DNA from: Malacoraja senta | Lineage: Eukaryota | Reading direction: 5' to 3' | Assembly: GCA_038087875.1 (NCBI GenBank) | Contig: JAXLNO010000252.1 | Coordinates: 186,001 to 250,000, forward strand | Length of the DNA stretch: 64,000 bases | Part shown: positions 1 through 11,394 of the stretch, piece after piece | How the letters are laid out: each line of letters opens with the position of its first letter | Numbering within the stretch: the stretch's first letter is position 1 | Program-made: the position numbers and the translations under genes | The notes under the pieces: model-generated | Told to the model about the DNA's origin: nothing | Database searches by the model: none | Seen by the model: the letters and a program-made list of their open reading frames with translations, nothing else

Positions 1-620
1 CTGAATGGTGAAAGAGACCCGGTCTGGTGTTATACCCATGTTGTCCAGTCGCAGTAAATGGAGGGACTGGACTCTTTGTGCTGAGACAAGTGCCATCAGC
101 ATGACCGTTTTCAGGGTTTAGCTGTTCCAGGGTGAGAGACCTGGCTGGTGACCATCCCCTCAGGTATGTCAGGACCACACTGACATCCCAGATTTGGGTG
201 TACCAAGGTCTAGGGGAGTTGGAGTTGAATATACCCCTCATGTGTTTGATCACCAGCGATTGAGACCCTATGACCTGTTGTCCTGGTACTTGTTTTAAGT
301 AGGCTGACAGAGCACTTCTGGCAGTATTGATAGCACTGTAGCTCAGTCCTTCATTATGGTGAAGGCCCCCCAGGAACTCCAGTACATTGGTTATGGTTGC
401 AGATGAGTATGTTGTCCCAGTAGTCGAGCAGTATCTTTCCCACTTCTTGATGCTCGATAGGTATTGTTTCCTGGTGGACATACGATGGTACGTTGTCATC
501 GTGTTGATGGTCCTGTCAGACAATCCCAGGCCCAGCAGTGGTCTTTTGATAATCTGCAACCCAGTAGGTTAATTTTTTCATGGCATGGATGACTTATGCC
601 TGATACCGGGTGCGTCAATA
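1..620 (-). pseudogene. DIRS tyrosine recombinase, N-terminal part
   Basis: Manual translation gives STRKQYLSSIKKW...GLSYSAINTARSALS...WDVSVVL...LKTVMLMALVSAQRVQSL, with the catalytic Arg box. There is a +1 frameshift near 118 and the frame runs off the window edge. Confidence 0.88.
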
Positions 621-641
621 GGTCTGGGCTACTGGGAAAGG

Positions 642-2468
642 TCATAGGAGTTTCGATGACCATGTCGAGGACCACTGGGAACCATGGCTGTGTAGGCCAG
701 TTGGTACTATCAAAATACCTGAAGCAGAGTCCATCTGTATTTTGCGTAGTACCCTACTGAGGCAGAAGGGGGGAAAGGCATAAAATAAATAGTTTCCCCA
801 GTTCAGCGCGAATGCATCTATCGCTGCTGCCTCAGGGTCTGGTTCCCAAGCGACATACATTGGTACCTGGTGATTTAGTCTGGATGCAAAGAGATCGATA
901 TCTGGTGTGCCATATTGCTTTCTAATTTTAGCAAAAGCTCTAGGATTTATCATCCATTCGGTGTTATCATTGAATTTGCGTGACCTGGTGTCTGCCACTG
1001 TATTTAGCTTACCTGGTAGGTAAGTTGCTGATAGCCAAATATGTCTTTTGACACACCATTGCCAGATTTGGTTGAACAAATTGTCACATGATATCGATTT
1101 TATTCCGCCCATATGGTTAATATAGGCCACCACCGTGGTATTATCAATTTGTAAACGAACATGCAGATGGTGCATATTCATGGAATATGCTTTTAAACCA
1201 TAAAACGCACCCAACATTTCCAAATAATTTATGCCCAGTGTTTGTGGTAAAGATGATTCTAGGTTAGTCCATCTACCACCTGTGCTGGATATGGTATTAG
1301 TTGCTCCCCAGCCTTGAGCACTGGCATCTGTTTGTATAGTTAATGTTGGGTTTTTGATGATGATAGGGCTGGAACTATGCCAAATGTGCTCTATCCACCA
1401 CTGTAACTCTGATATAGCTTCAATGGGTAATTTCATGGTTCGGTCAAAGTGACCTGCATGTCGTTTTAACGCCTGTACTGTTGCCCTTTGTAGGTTTTGA
1501 TAGTGCAGGGGTCCAAATTGTGTAGCTGGAAATGCTGCTACCATTTTGCCAATTACTCTTGCCACTTGTCGGATGGTTGGTCGATTGCTAACCATTAAAT
1601 TGTTACACGTCTGTGACAATTCTGCTGCTTTATGTTTTGACAACGTTACAGACATGTGGACTGAGTTAATTGTGAATCCCAGATAGTCCATAGTTGTGGA
1701 TGGCGTCAACTTAGATTTATCTAGATGTATGACAAATCCCAGAGTTTCAAACAATTGTTTGGTAGCTAATACAGCTGATTTAGCCAACTCCATGGTTTTG
1801 CCTACTATTAGAATATCATCAAGGTATGCCATGACAATATGTCTCTGTTTTGATAATGTTGCCAAGGCTGGTTTTAATATCTTGGTAAATAGTCTTGGGG
1901 CTGATGTTAACCCATTAGGCAACGCTTTAAACTGCCATAGTTGCCCCATCCAGGTAAATTTCAGGTATCTGCGATGATCCTTTTGAATGGGTACTGTATA
2001 GTAGGCATCTTTTAAATCAATGCTTGCCATAAAGTATCCTTTGGAAATCAGTTGTTTGGCAGTTACAAATGTTTCCATTTTGAAATGTACATACTTAACA
2101 AAGGTATTTAGTGAGTTATGATGCGACATCCACCATCTTTTTTGTTTTTGGTAAATATATTTGAGACAAATTCCAAAGGCTCATGTTTGGATTTGTCAAT
2201 GATATCCTTTGTAAGTAACCTCACCAGTTCTGCTTGACCCTCTAGTTTTTCTTTGACTGAGAGGGTAAAGACCCTTTGGGGTACGTGCTGAACTGGTGGC
2301 ATATTTGCTTGAATGAACTCTATTTTATATCCACGAACACTGTTAAGTATATAACTATCATTCGTGACAGACCTCCATGCTTCAATGAACAGATGTAATC
2401 TCCCCCCTGTTAGTAAAGTTCCCCCACTTTTTATATGCTGGTAGGAACCAGACCCACCTACCTCCATA
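642..2468 (-). pseudogene. DIRS pol (RT-RNaseH-N6 adenine methyltransferase), frameshifted
   Basis: RT N-terminus GGRL..F..AW and FxSNIF..KKDGGCR in ORF 2108-3034, with a frameshift near 2110-2130. ORF 642-2129 has SIDLKDAY, LPNGL..APRLFTK, YLDD, RNase H motifs TDAS/INYLE/DN/AD.SR, and methylase motifs DIDLFASRLN and YAFPPF. Confidence 0.92.
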
Positions 2469-3859
2469 GTTATGGGAGTATTCCTTTCTTCAGTTTCTTC
2501 ATCCGTCGTTGTACTGCTGGATGTACTGCTGGTTGGGGGTGGCGCATTTTCCATGGGGTCCGCTCTGGGCCCTGGCCTAAAAGGCTTTCGGGGATGGTAT
2601 GCGGACCCCGAGCTTTCACCAGTCCGATAAGTTTGACGTCGACTGGTGGACGCGGTGGGGTACTGCCGTCTGGATTGTGTGGGTCTGCTCGTTCCGGGGC
2701 CTGCCCTCATGAGGCCGAATGCTTTGGCCTCTTCCTCCAGGTCTTTCACTTGTTTTGTCAAGTCCTTTCCAAATAACAGGATCTGTGGCTCTGAGGCCGG
2801 TGTTTTACACAGTCCTGCATATTTGGGATTGAGGGCAGGTCTTATTCTCTCCTTGCGGAGGTTGTTTATCTCATATTGAGTGTTGCACAGCAGAGCCAGA
2901 GTGTCTTGCTGGTTGGTGGTCATATCCACCTCATCCACGGAACGAGCATAGGATGTTATCCTTGTCGTCAGGAGCTTGAGGATACGTGTAATTTTAGCTC
3001 CTGGTTCTGGATACTCTGTCCAACATACCCCCACATTTCTCTTCTTATAGGGGTTTGAGGGACAGGTGGTTAATGCTGGCCGCCAGTTTTGGCAGCAACG
3101 GCCGCCCTGCTCGTGGTGTAACCACGTAGCGATTCACCACACCCAGCAGCTCTTCCTAAGCCTGTACCCCAAGCGTACTCCCGACATCTTCAGCCAATGA
3201 CCCCTGTTCCTGACCAGCCCAGCCCTGGTCGCCAACGCTGCCCTCGGCTGAGGGGGAAGCGATGGCCAGTGCATTGTAGAGCACTGATGTGGGAGTGCCT
3301 GAGTTCCCTTGGCGAGACTGCTCCAGCTCCCGAAGCAAGTCTCGCTGGAGCATTTGCTCCATGAGCCTATCCATGCAGCTCAGGCGGCTAGCTCTGCCGC
3401 TTTAAGGCGGACAGTCCTCCTCATTGGAGTCAGAAATAACCGTCCGGTCAGTTTTTTGTCTTGATTTGCCTCCAGTCTGCTGCTGTTGGTCAGGCTGCGC
3501 TAGCGGGACTGGGCTCGGCTCGGTATCAATGAGGGTGTGCCGCAGCATGTGCGGTCCAGGTGCCGCCTCTCGCCCCCACTGATGGGACACTCCCGTTCTG
3601 TTGGAGTCGAACGGGGGGCGGTCTTTTTCCCTTGCCGTGCTTTGTTCAGTTTCCCCAGCTTCTTCCCTGGAATTGACAAAGCAGAGCAAAGGTTCTTGAA
3701 TACGACCTCAGAGTAAGTACTTACCTGATGGTCCGTTTAAACTTGTAGCGGGAGCGCCTGCACTCCCGTTCGTCGCTGTTGCACTGCGTGAACGCTAATG
3801 TCGCGCATGCGTGCTGGACGGGTTCTTCACGTAGTCACTCACGTGACTCCAAAGTAAAA

Positions 3860-5260
3860 TACCAGATCAAAGGGAGGCTACAGATTTTTGGCTGTTGAGT
3901 CGAGCAACTACTCGTGGATAAAAACTGTTTTTATGTCTGGCTGTGGCAGCTTTGACAGTCCGGAGTCGCCTTCCAGAGGGAAGTGATTCAAAGAGTTTGT
4001 GGCCAGGGTGAGAGGGGTCAGAGATGATCTTGCCCGCTCGCTTCCTGGCCCTTGCAGTGTACAGTTCATCAATGGAGGGAAGGTTGCAGCCAATAACCTT
4101 CTCTGCTGATCGGATGATTCGCTGCAGCCTCCGGGTGTCGTGCTTGGTGGCTGAGCCAAACCAGACCATGATGGAGAAGGCGAGAACAGACTCTACGATG
4201 GCCGTGTAGAATTGGACCATCATTGGCTGTGGCAGATTGTGCTTCCTTAGCTGCCGCAGGAAGTACATCCTCTGTTGTGCCTTTTTGACTGTAGAGTCGA
4301 TGGTAGCCCCCCGCTTAAGGTCCTTGGAGATGATGGTTCCCAGGAACTTAAAAGACTCCACAGATGTGACTGTGGTGTTGTTGATGGTGAGTGGGGGGGG
4401 GGGGGGGGGGCTCTCCTAAAGTCTACAACCAGTTCCACTGTCTGAAGAGCATCGAGCTCTAGGTTGTTGTTACGGCATCAGGACGCCAGGTGTGACACTT
4501 CCTGTCTGTAGGCAGATTCCTCCCCATCCTGGATCAGTCCAATCAGGGTTGTGTCATCCGCAATCTTGAGAAACTTGACAGAGGTGTCTGTGGAGGTGCA
4601 GTCGTTTGGTGTAGAGAGAGTAGAGGAGAGGAGAGAGTAAGCAGCCTTGCGGTGCTCCTATGCTGAGCATTTGCGGATCCGAGATGTGCTTTCCCAGCCT
4701 CACATGCTACTTCCTGTCTGTCAGGAAGTTGGTGATCCACTGACAAAGGGGTTCAGGCACAGTCAACTCGGAAAGTTTGGAGTGTAGTAGCTCAGGCGCA
4801 ATGGTGTTGAATGCAGAACTAAAATCAACAAACATGATCCTCGCATAGGTGCCCTGGCGGTCTAGGTGCTGTAGGATGAAGTGCAGGCCCAGGTTGACTG
4901 CGTCATCCACAGATCTATTGGCCCGATATGCAAACTGCAGAGGGTCCATCAGGGGGTTTGTGATATTTTTCAGATTGGCCAGCACAAGCCTTTCGAGTGT
5001 CTTCATGACTACAGAGGTCAGTGCGACAGGCCTGCAGTCATTAAGACAAGTAATCCTTGCCTTTTTGGGTACAGGGACAATAGTGGATACTTTGAAGCAG
5101 GCAGGGACAGTACATCTTTGCAGGGACTGGTTAAAAATGTCTGTATAGACCGATGCCAGCTGTTTGGCACAGAGCTTAAGAGTAGAGGGGGAAACGGTCA
5201 GGTCCTGGAGATTTCCGGCTCATTTGTCCTCTGAAAAGCCTCTCCACCTCCTCTATTTTT
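3860..5260 (-). mobile_element. 5'-truncated Rex1/Babar-clade LINE (RT and C-terminal domain), frameshifted
   Basis: [66 protein letters not shown] and FESLPSGRR are typical Rex1/Babar ORF motifs. Confidence 0.9.
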
Positions 5261-5573
5261 ATTGTCCGGTACCAAGTCTGTTGAGCTTCACCCATGCTCC
5301 TCTAGGGAGGTCAGACCCTGGAAAGCTTTTTATCAGGTGAAGAGATGTAACTGTGTAATGGAGATGAGGTTTCCTTCCACTCCAGTGACCACTTGGTGGC
5401 TATCCAGTGTGCTTTTGTCTCAGTGTGAGGGCATAATCACAAAATAGTGTGTAACAGTCTGAAATAAATGCAGAATTCCATAATAATTCAGGGCTGAAAG
5501 AAACAAATCAGTTGGTAGATAAGACGAATACCTCTGAGCAGCCTACAACCCAACAACATGTACATTGTATTGA

Positions 5574-5670
5574 AGGTACACAAAAATGATGGAGAAACTC
5601 AGCGGGTGCAGCAGCATCTATGGAGCGAAGGAGATAGGCAACGTTTCGGGCCGAAACCCTTCTTCAGACT
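5574..5670 (-). mobile_element. Short Penelope-type terminal fragment with hammerhead core
   Basis: Minus strand reads CTGAAGAAGGGTTTCGGCCCGAAACGTTGCCTAT...GATGCTGCTGCACCCGCTGAGTTTCTCC; near-identical to 6654-6750. Confidence 0.7.
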
Positions 5671-6653
5671 TCTTCATATTGTATTCCCCTGTTACGGGTA
5701 AACCTTATCCCCTTCAGATCTCCCTGATCCTTCAACTGTTCCCCCACAGGTATTTATTTTCGTCCCCAGTCCCCGTCACCATGTTGCTTCCCCTTCTCCA
5801 ACCGCTGATCCCCCGACCCTTTCTACTTGGCACCCAGCACATTCTCTCCTGTTGATTTGCACCCCATCCCTCCATCACATTCCCAATTTATCTTCCTGAT
5901 CAGATTCCAATTCAGTCGCCAGTTTATCCATCAGTCTGGCATATGTTCCTCCTCATGCGATTCCACCTATCTTGCCATCTCTTGCCCCAGTTCCTTCCCC
6001 TTCTCTCTCTTTACCAGCTCTCTCCCATCTATCCTATAAGATTAAAAGAGGCTCCTGACCAGAAGCGTCATGTGTACATTTCCCTCCACAGATAGTGGCG
6101 GGCTGAATATCATTCCACTCTATGCAGCATCGTGTGTCTCGAAATATATCGTTTATTTGTGCCGTGTCCATATTACTGCCTTACACGCATTAATACTACC
6201 CCCCCCCCAATTCCTCCACTCCCCCCCCAATCCCTCCCCCCTCCCCTCCCCTCCCCTCCCCGCACCAACTCCCCCACCCCGCAACATCCTAAGACTGGAT
6301 ACATCCTTCTCGGAATCAGTAGTTGTACTTCTTACACTGAGCCTGTGATATTGTTCCATGTTGTTCAAGCCTAATTTTCTCGTGGACACATCAATATCTA
6401 GTCACAAGCTGGTGACCTAACATCATTGGAAACAAAGGTTGGTAGGCGTTATAAGCCCCCTCTTGGTGATCTACAGGGAGCAAGAGTATTAAGGGGGCGC
6501 TTGAAGCGTCAATGCAGGATCTTTGAGGAATTGGATAGAAGAAGATTCCTGAGCATGCTGTACAGACATTCAACGCAAGAGGGCAACAGTGAAGAGAGGG
6601 CGACACTTGTTGGAAAAAGGAGGTAATGCACATCTGGAACCGGAGGAAGTTGT

Positions 6654-6750
6654 AGGTACACAAAAGTGCTGGAGAAACTCAGCGGGTGCAGCAGCATCTA
6701 TGGAGCGAAGGAAATAGGCAACGTTTCGGGCCGAAACCCTTCTTCAGACG
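6654..6750 (-). mobile_element. Short Penelope-type terminal fragment with hammerhead core
   Basis: Second copy of the 5574-5670 element. Confidence 0.7.
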
Positions 6751-6948
6751 TTGTAGTTCCCTTTCAGTCAAGTATTAAATATACTCTTTACTTGTAATTT
6801 ATACTAAATACTGGACTGATGGGGCACCGGATCAACAGTAAGCGCTGGGATCTGTCGGTAAATTGTAACAATTTGCCTGAAATTCCTGCTGTCACGATGT
6901 GAATGCTCAGTGTAAGTTAATTGATCTTTCTGATGTTATATATTTCAG

Positions 6949-6971
6949 GAGGAAACTCGTCAGAAGAGGAG
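6949..6971 (+). CDS. TRIM gene 23-bp exon (EETRQKR-R)
   Basis: tatttcag|GAGGAAACTCGTCAGAAGAGGAG|gtgaga. This is the 23-nt phase 0 to phase 2 micro-exon typical of TRIM-B30.2 genes after the coiled coil. Confidence 0.85.
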
Positions 6972-7052
6972 GTGAGACTCTCTGCACTGTTTTTCAAATT
7001 AACGCAGACATCGTTGACGCGGGTCTTATAACCAAGTGTGTAATTAATGCAG

Positions 7053-7171
7053 GATAAGTGTTGATGACCAGATGTTGTCGGTAGCAGATGGTGCCCTGGA
7101 CGTTGGAAAGTTGGATCACCCATTTTGGTTGAACACCGTGTTGAGAGAAACGATTGATTCCGTTACAAGAG
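7053..7171 (+). CDS. TRIM gene linker exon (ISVDDQMLSVADGALDVGKLDHPFWLNTVLRETIDSVTR)
   Basis: aatgcag|G...AGAG|gtaaaa; 119 nt, phase 2 to phase 1, open, and joins in frame to both neighbouring exons. Confidence 0.85.
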
Positions 7172-7896
7172 GTAAAACATAAATATTTTTTAGTGATCTG
7201 CAAGTATTTATTGCATGTAGAGGGTATATTTAATATTGGTCTTATTGGGACTCTTCAACTTACTCTAGTTCCAGGCGTGAATTACCTCCTTTCTCCAACA
7301 GGGGGTCACCCTCGCTTCACTGTTACCCGTTTGTGTTTAATGTCTGTATAACATACCTTGGAATTTTCTTCAATGGGACTCGCCAAGGGTCCTTCATTGC
7401 TCCATCTAGCCCTCCTGATTCCCTGTAGGTCCGCCAGAGGGGAGATTGAGGACAAGGTGGAGATTTGATCAAATGCATTTGAAAGGATGGAGATGTAGGG
7501 GCGGGTTAATGAACAGAGTGGGGCTGATGCGCTAAACGTTATTCATTGCAATGTTTCCCCAACGTTTCCTCCGCTCGGTCGGGTCTCTCCAGACACTGTA
7601 CGTGAAGTCAGGAGCGTATCCACAGATCCCCACGGAGTCTCCCTCCGGCTGTAGGGAATCACTCCCAGAGCCCGAGATGAACAAGACATTCTCTGAAATA
7701 TGACGCAGATATTTCCCAGCTTCACATGTTTGAACAAGTTTGCTTTAAGGAAGGAGATGCACAGCGAGCCCCGAGAACATCCCTGCTTACACAGCCTTGT
7801 ACACTTCATCAGAGATCTGTTATTGTCCATAGTGTATGGAAGGGGGTTTAATGGAAACCTCAGCACTAGGCTCACAGGCTACAAACAGTTAGCTGG

Positions 7897-8168
7897 AGAT
7901 AGACAAATAAAGCTGGAGTGACTCAGTGGGACAGGCAGCATCTCTGGATAGAAGGTTATAGGTGACGTTTCGGGTCGAGACCCTTCTTCAGACTGAGAGT
8001 CAGGGGAGGGGGAAACAATAGATACGGAAGGGTAAGGTTTGAAAACGAGAAATCAAAGGGGGCGTCGATCAAGGGAAATGTAGAAAAGATCATTGTTAGT
8101 TTGGGGAAGGTGACAGCGAGGCATAGAGTGTACAATTGAATCAGGACAGTCAGACAAGTCGGATAGAC
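7897..8168 (-). mobile_element. Penelope-type terminal fragment with hammerhead core and pyrimidine-rich upstream segment
   Basis: Minus strand reads CTGAAGAAGGGTCTCGACCCGAAACGTCACC...GATGCTGCCTGTCCCACTGAGTCACTCCAGC. Confidence 0.65.
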
Positions 8169-9982
8169 TGATGGGACTGAAGGCTGATAAATCCCCAGGG
8201 CCTGATGGTCTGCATCCCAGGGTACTTAAGGAAATGCCTCTAGAAATCGTGGATGTATTGGTGATAATTTTCCAATGTTCTATAGACTCAGGATCAGTTC
8301 CTGTGGATTGGAGGGTAGCTAATGTTATCCCACTTTTTAAGAAAGGCGGGAGAGAGAAAACGGGGAATTATAGAATAGTTAGCCTGACATCGGTGGTGGG
8401 GAAGATGCTGGAGTCAATTATAAAAGATGAGATAGCCGAACATTTGGATAGCAATAACAGGATCGGTCGGAGTCAGCATGGATTTACGAAGGGGAAATCA
8501 TGCTTCACTAATCTTCTGGAATTTTTTGAAGATGTAACTAGGAAAATGGACAAGGGAGAGCCAGTGGGTGTAGTATACCTGGACTTTCATAAAGCATTTG
8601 ATAATGTCCCATATAGGAAATTAGGGCACATGGTATTGGGGGTAGAGTGCTGACATGGATAGAGAAGTGGTTGGCAGATAGGAAACAAAGAGCAGGGATT
8701 AACGGGTCCATTTCAGAATGGCAGGCAGTGACTAGTGGGGTACCGCAAGGCTCGGTGCTGGGACCGCAGATATTTACAATATACATTAATACACACCTCT
8801 CCCCCTCCCTCCCAAAACTATCACCCCACCACCTCACGCCACCTCTCCCCCTTCTCCCCCATCTATCACTGAGATTGTACCTGGATTTTCAGAATGCATT
8901 TGAAACAAAGAGTATGGATTAACGGGTGCCTTTCAGAATGGCAGATAGTGACTAGTGGGGTACCGCAACGCTCGGTGCTGGGACCGCAGCTATTTACAAT
9001 ATGCATTAATGATTTGGATGAAGGGATTCAAAGTAACATTAGCAAATTTGCAGATGACACAAAGCTGGGTGGCAGTGTGAACTGTGAGGACGATGCTATG
9101 ATAATGCAGGGTGACATCGAAAGTTTGGGGGAGTGGGCAGATGCATGGCAGGTGAAGTTTAATGTGGGTAAATGTGAGGTTATCCACTTTGGTAGCAAAA
9201 ACATGATGGCAGAATACTATCTAAATGGCGTCAAGTTGGAAAAACGGGAAGTACAAGGGGATCCGGGGGTTCTTGTACATCAGTCTATGAAGGTAAGCAT
9301 GCAGGTACGGCAGGCAGTGAATAAAGCGAATGGCATGTTGGCCTTTATAACAAGAGGAATCGAATATAGGAGCAAAGAGGTCCTTCTGCAGTTGTACAGA
9401 GCCCTAGTGAGACCACACCTGGAGTATTATGTGTAGTTTTGGTCCCCTAATTTGAGGAAGGACATTCTTGCTATTGAGGGAGTGCAGCGTAGGTTTAAAA
9501 GGTTAATTCCCGGGATGGCGGGACTGTCATATGCTGAGAGAATGGAGCAGCTGGGCTTGTACACTCTGGAGTTTAGAAGGATGATAGGTGATTTCATTGA
9601 AACATATAAGATTGTTAAGGGCTTGGACACGCTAGAGGCAGGAAACATCTTCCCGATGTTGGGGGAGTCCAGAACCAGGGGCCATAGTTTAAAAATAAGG
9701 GGTAAGCCATGTAAAACGGAGACGAGGAAACACTTTGTCTCACAGATAGTTATTAGTCTGTGGAATGCTCTGCCTCAGAAGGCGGTGGAGGCCGGTTCTC
9801 TGAATACTTTCAATAGAGAGTTAGATAGAGCTCTTAAAGATAGCAGATTCAGGGGATATGGGGAGAAGGCAGGAACGGGGTACTGATTGGGGATGATCAG
9901 CCATGATCACATTGAATGGCGGTGCTGGCTCGAGGGGGGCGAATAGCCTACTCCTGCACCTATTGTCTATTGTCTATTGTCA
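8169..9982 (+). mobile_element. 5'-truncated CR1 LINE (RT to 3' tail), disrupted, in a TRIM intron
   Basis: KSPGPDGLHPRVLKE, SQHGF.KGKSC.TNLLEFFE, YLDF.KAFD, SGVPQGSVLGP, KFADDTKL, LVRPHLEY and SRTRGHSLK motifs; ends in a (TATTGTC)n tail at 9961-9981. Confidence 0.95.
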
Positions 9983-10265
9983 CTCACCTCAATATCCTGT
10001 TGCTCCGACATGCCTCCATATGTGAATAGCCCGCTTCATTCTTCCATCCCCATCGCAATCTCGCAATCCTCCTTAATCTCCGCACTCGTGCACCTTCCCC
10101 CGCCTCACAAAATTCCCCTCTCCGTCCCGAAGAAAAACTCCGTGACGGATGCCGGTTGTCCACCCGATATGGTTGAGGTGAAACCTCCTGCAATGTGTTC
10201 GCCCGCCTGTGCCCGAGTCTCCCCCGACCTCCGGGGTCTCTCTGATTCTCTGCTTATCCCCCCAG

Positions 10266-10798
10266 TCTCCGTCACCCTGGATGTGGAAACAGCGCATCCG
10301 CAGCTCGAGGTGTCTGAGGATCGGAAGCGGGTGAGACTGACCGAGACCGTGAGGAGTCTCCCTGACACCGGGAAGAGGTTTACAGTCTGGCCGTATGTGC
10401 TGGGATCGGAGGGATTCACATCGGGGAGACATTACTGGGAGGTGGAGGTGGCGGAGATGAACGGCTGGAGTCTGGGAGTCGCCGCAGAGTCTGTGGAGAG
10501 GAAGAGACTGGTCACACTGACCCTGGTGACTGGAGTCTGGAGCATAAGGCGGTGTGATGACGAGTTTGATGCACTCACCTCCCATACAACCCCTATCCCC
10601 GCCCGTCCCATCCCCGGGAGGGTGGGAGTTTATCTCAGTTACGAGTCCGGGACAGTTTCATTTTACGACGCGGACACCAAGTCCCATCTCTACACCTTCA
10701 CTGGGAATAAATTCACGGAGAAACTTTATCCTTTATTCTGGATTTTGGATGAAAACCAGTGGCTGAGAATCTGCTCCGGTTCCGCTCCGGGTGTGTAA
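10266..10798 (+). CDS. TRIM gene terminal exon encoding a PRY-SPRY (B30.2) domain
   Basis: Acceptor cttatcccccag|TC, phase 1. Translation VSVTLDVETAHPQLEVSEDRK..RF..VLGSEGFTSGRHYWEVEV..RVGVYLSYESGTVSFYD..LYP; stop at 10798. RING, B-box and coiled-coil exons were not found in the window. Confidence 0.95.
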
Positions 10799-10952
10799 AA
10801 GGGTCGGGTCCCGGGACCGGCGTCAGGAGCGGGGCTCAGCCAGGGGCTGTGGGGCAGAAACCCGGTGGACAACAGGTCGGCGCTGAACGAACGGCTCCCA
10901 TTTAATCCCCAAATTCCGCGTCGTGAAACAAACCCCAGTGAGTGAGCGCGGA

Positions 10953-10995
10953 AATAAAACCAGGGGGTATGTAAATGTGGGAAGAGTGAAATAAA
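10953..10995 (+). terminator. Candidate polyadenylation signals of the TRIM gene
   Basis: AATAAA at 10953-10958 and 10990-10995, followed by a GT-rich (CTGT)n tract at about 11014-11033. Confidence 0.6.
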
Positions 10996-11394
10996 CAGCA
11001 ACTGAAATCAGAGCTGTCTGTCTGTCTGTCTGTCGATCCGTTCATTTTAACGCGTTAACCGCGTCCGGCAACGGAACAGAAATTACTTTTGTGAAAATAT
11101 AAAGATTGAAACAATCTCCCTTCCCGCGGGTTCAGCAGCAGCCGCGGGCGGCGGGTCCTGAGCTCCGGGTCCTAAAGTCCGCCGACCATTAGTATTTATA
11201 GCGAGTTTGCAGCATTTGCTCTCCACACAACAGATTCGTTTTCTTCGGAACGGATCTGTGGAAGAATGGGGTCAAACCCAAGGAGGGAGGAAATTGGTGT
11301 AAACTTTGCTTTGACAGCCAATGAGTGGGTGCTTCGAGCTGCCCACGACATTAACATCATTTAATGATTTAAAAGGCGGTTGTAATACATCAGT

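Larger units (their letters stand above)
1..3859 (-). mobile_element. DIRS1-like tyrosine-recombinase retrotransposon, decayed; continues past the left edge of the window
   Basis: The minus strand carries, in order, gag-like fragments (about 3690-2500), RT, RNase H, a Dam-like methylase and a tyrosine recombinase, which is the diagnostic DIRS1 order. The 5' end begins TTTTACTTTGGAGTCACGTGAGTGAC near 3859. Confidence 0.93.

Noticed and set aside
6426..6626. Candidate TRIM coiled-coil exon
   Set aside because: It does not resemble the expected roughly 231-nt heptad exon, and the other frames contain stops.
7543..7875. 110-aa minus-strand ORF with a possible acceptor at about 7695
   Set aside because: No recognisable domain in any frame, and it lies within the TRIM intron.
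9977..10265. N-terminal 96 aa of the 273-aa ORF
   Set aside because: Intronic read-through upstream of a clear acceptor at 10265; the in-frame upstream exon is 7053-7171.
11190..11255. Strong minus-strand acceptor (cattcttccacag|ATCC) as a candidate last SOUL exon
   Set aside because: The required phase-2 frame gives RSVPKKTNLLCGEQMLQTRYKY*, with no NE(V/I)W motif.
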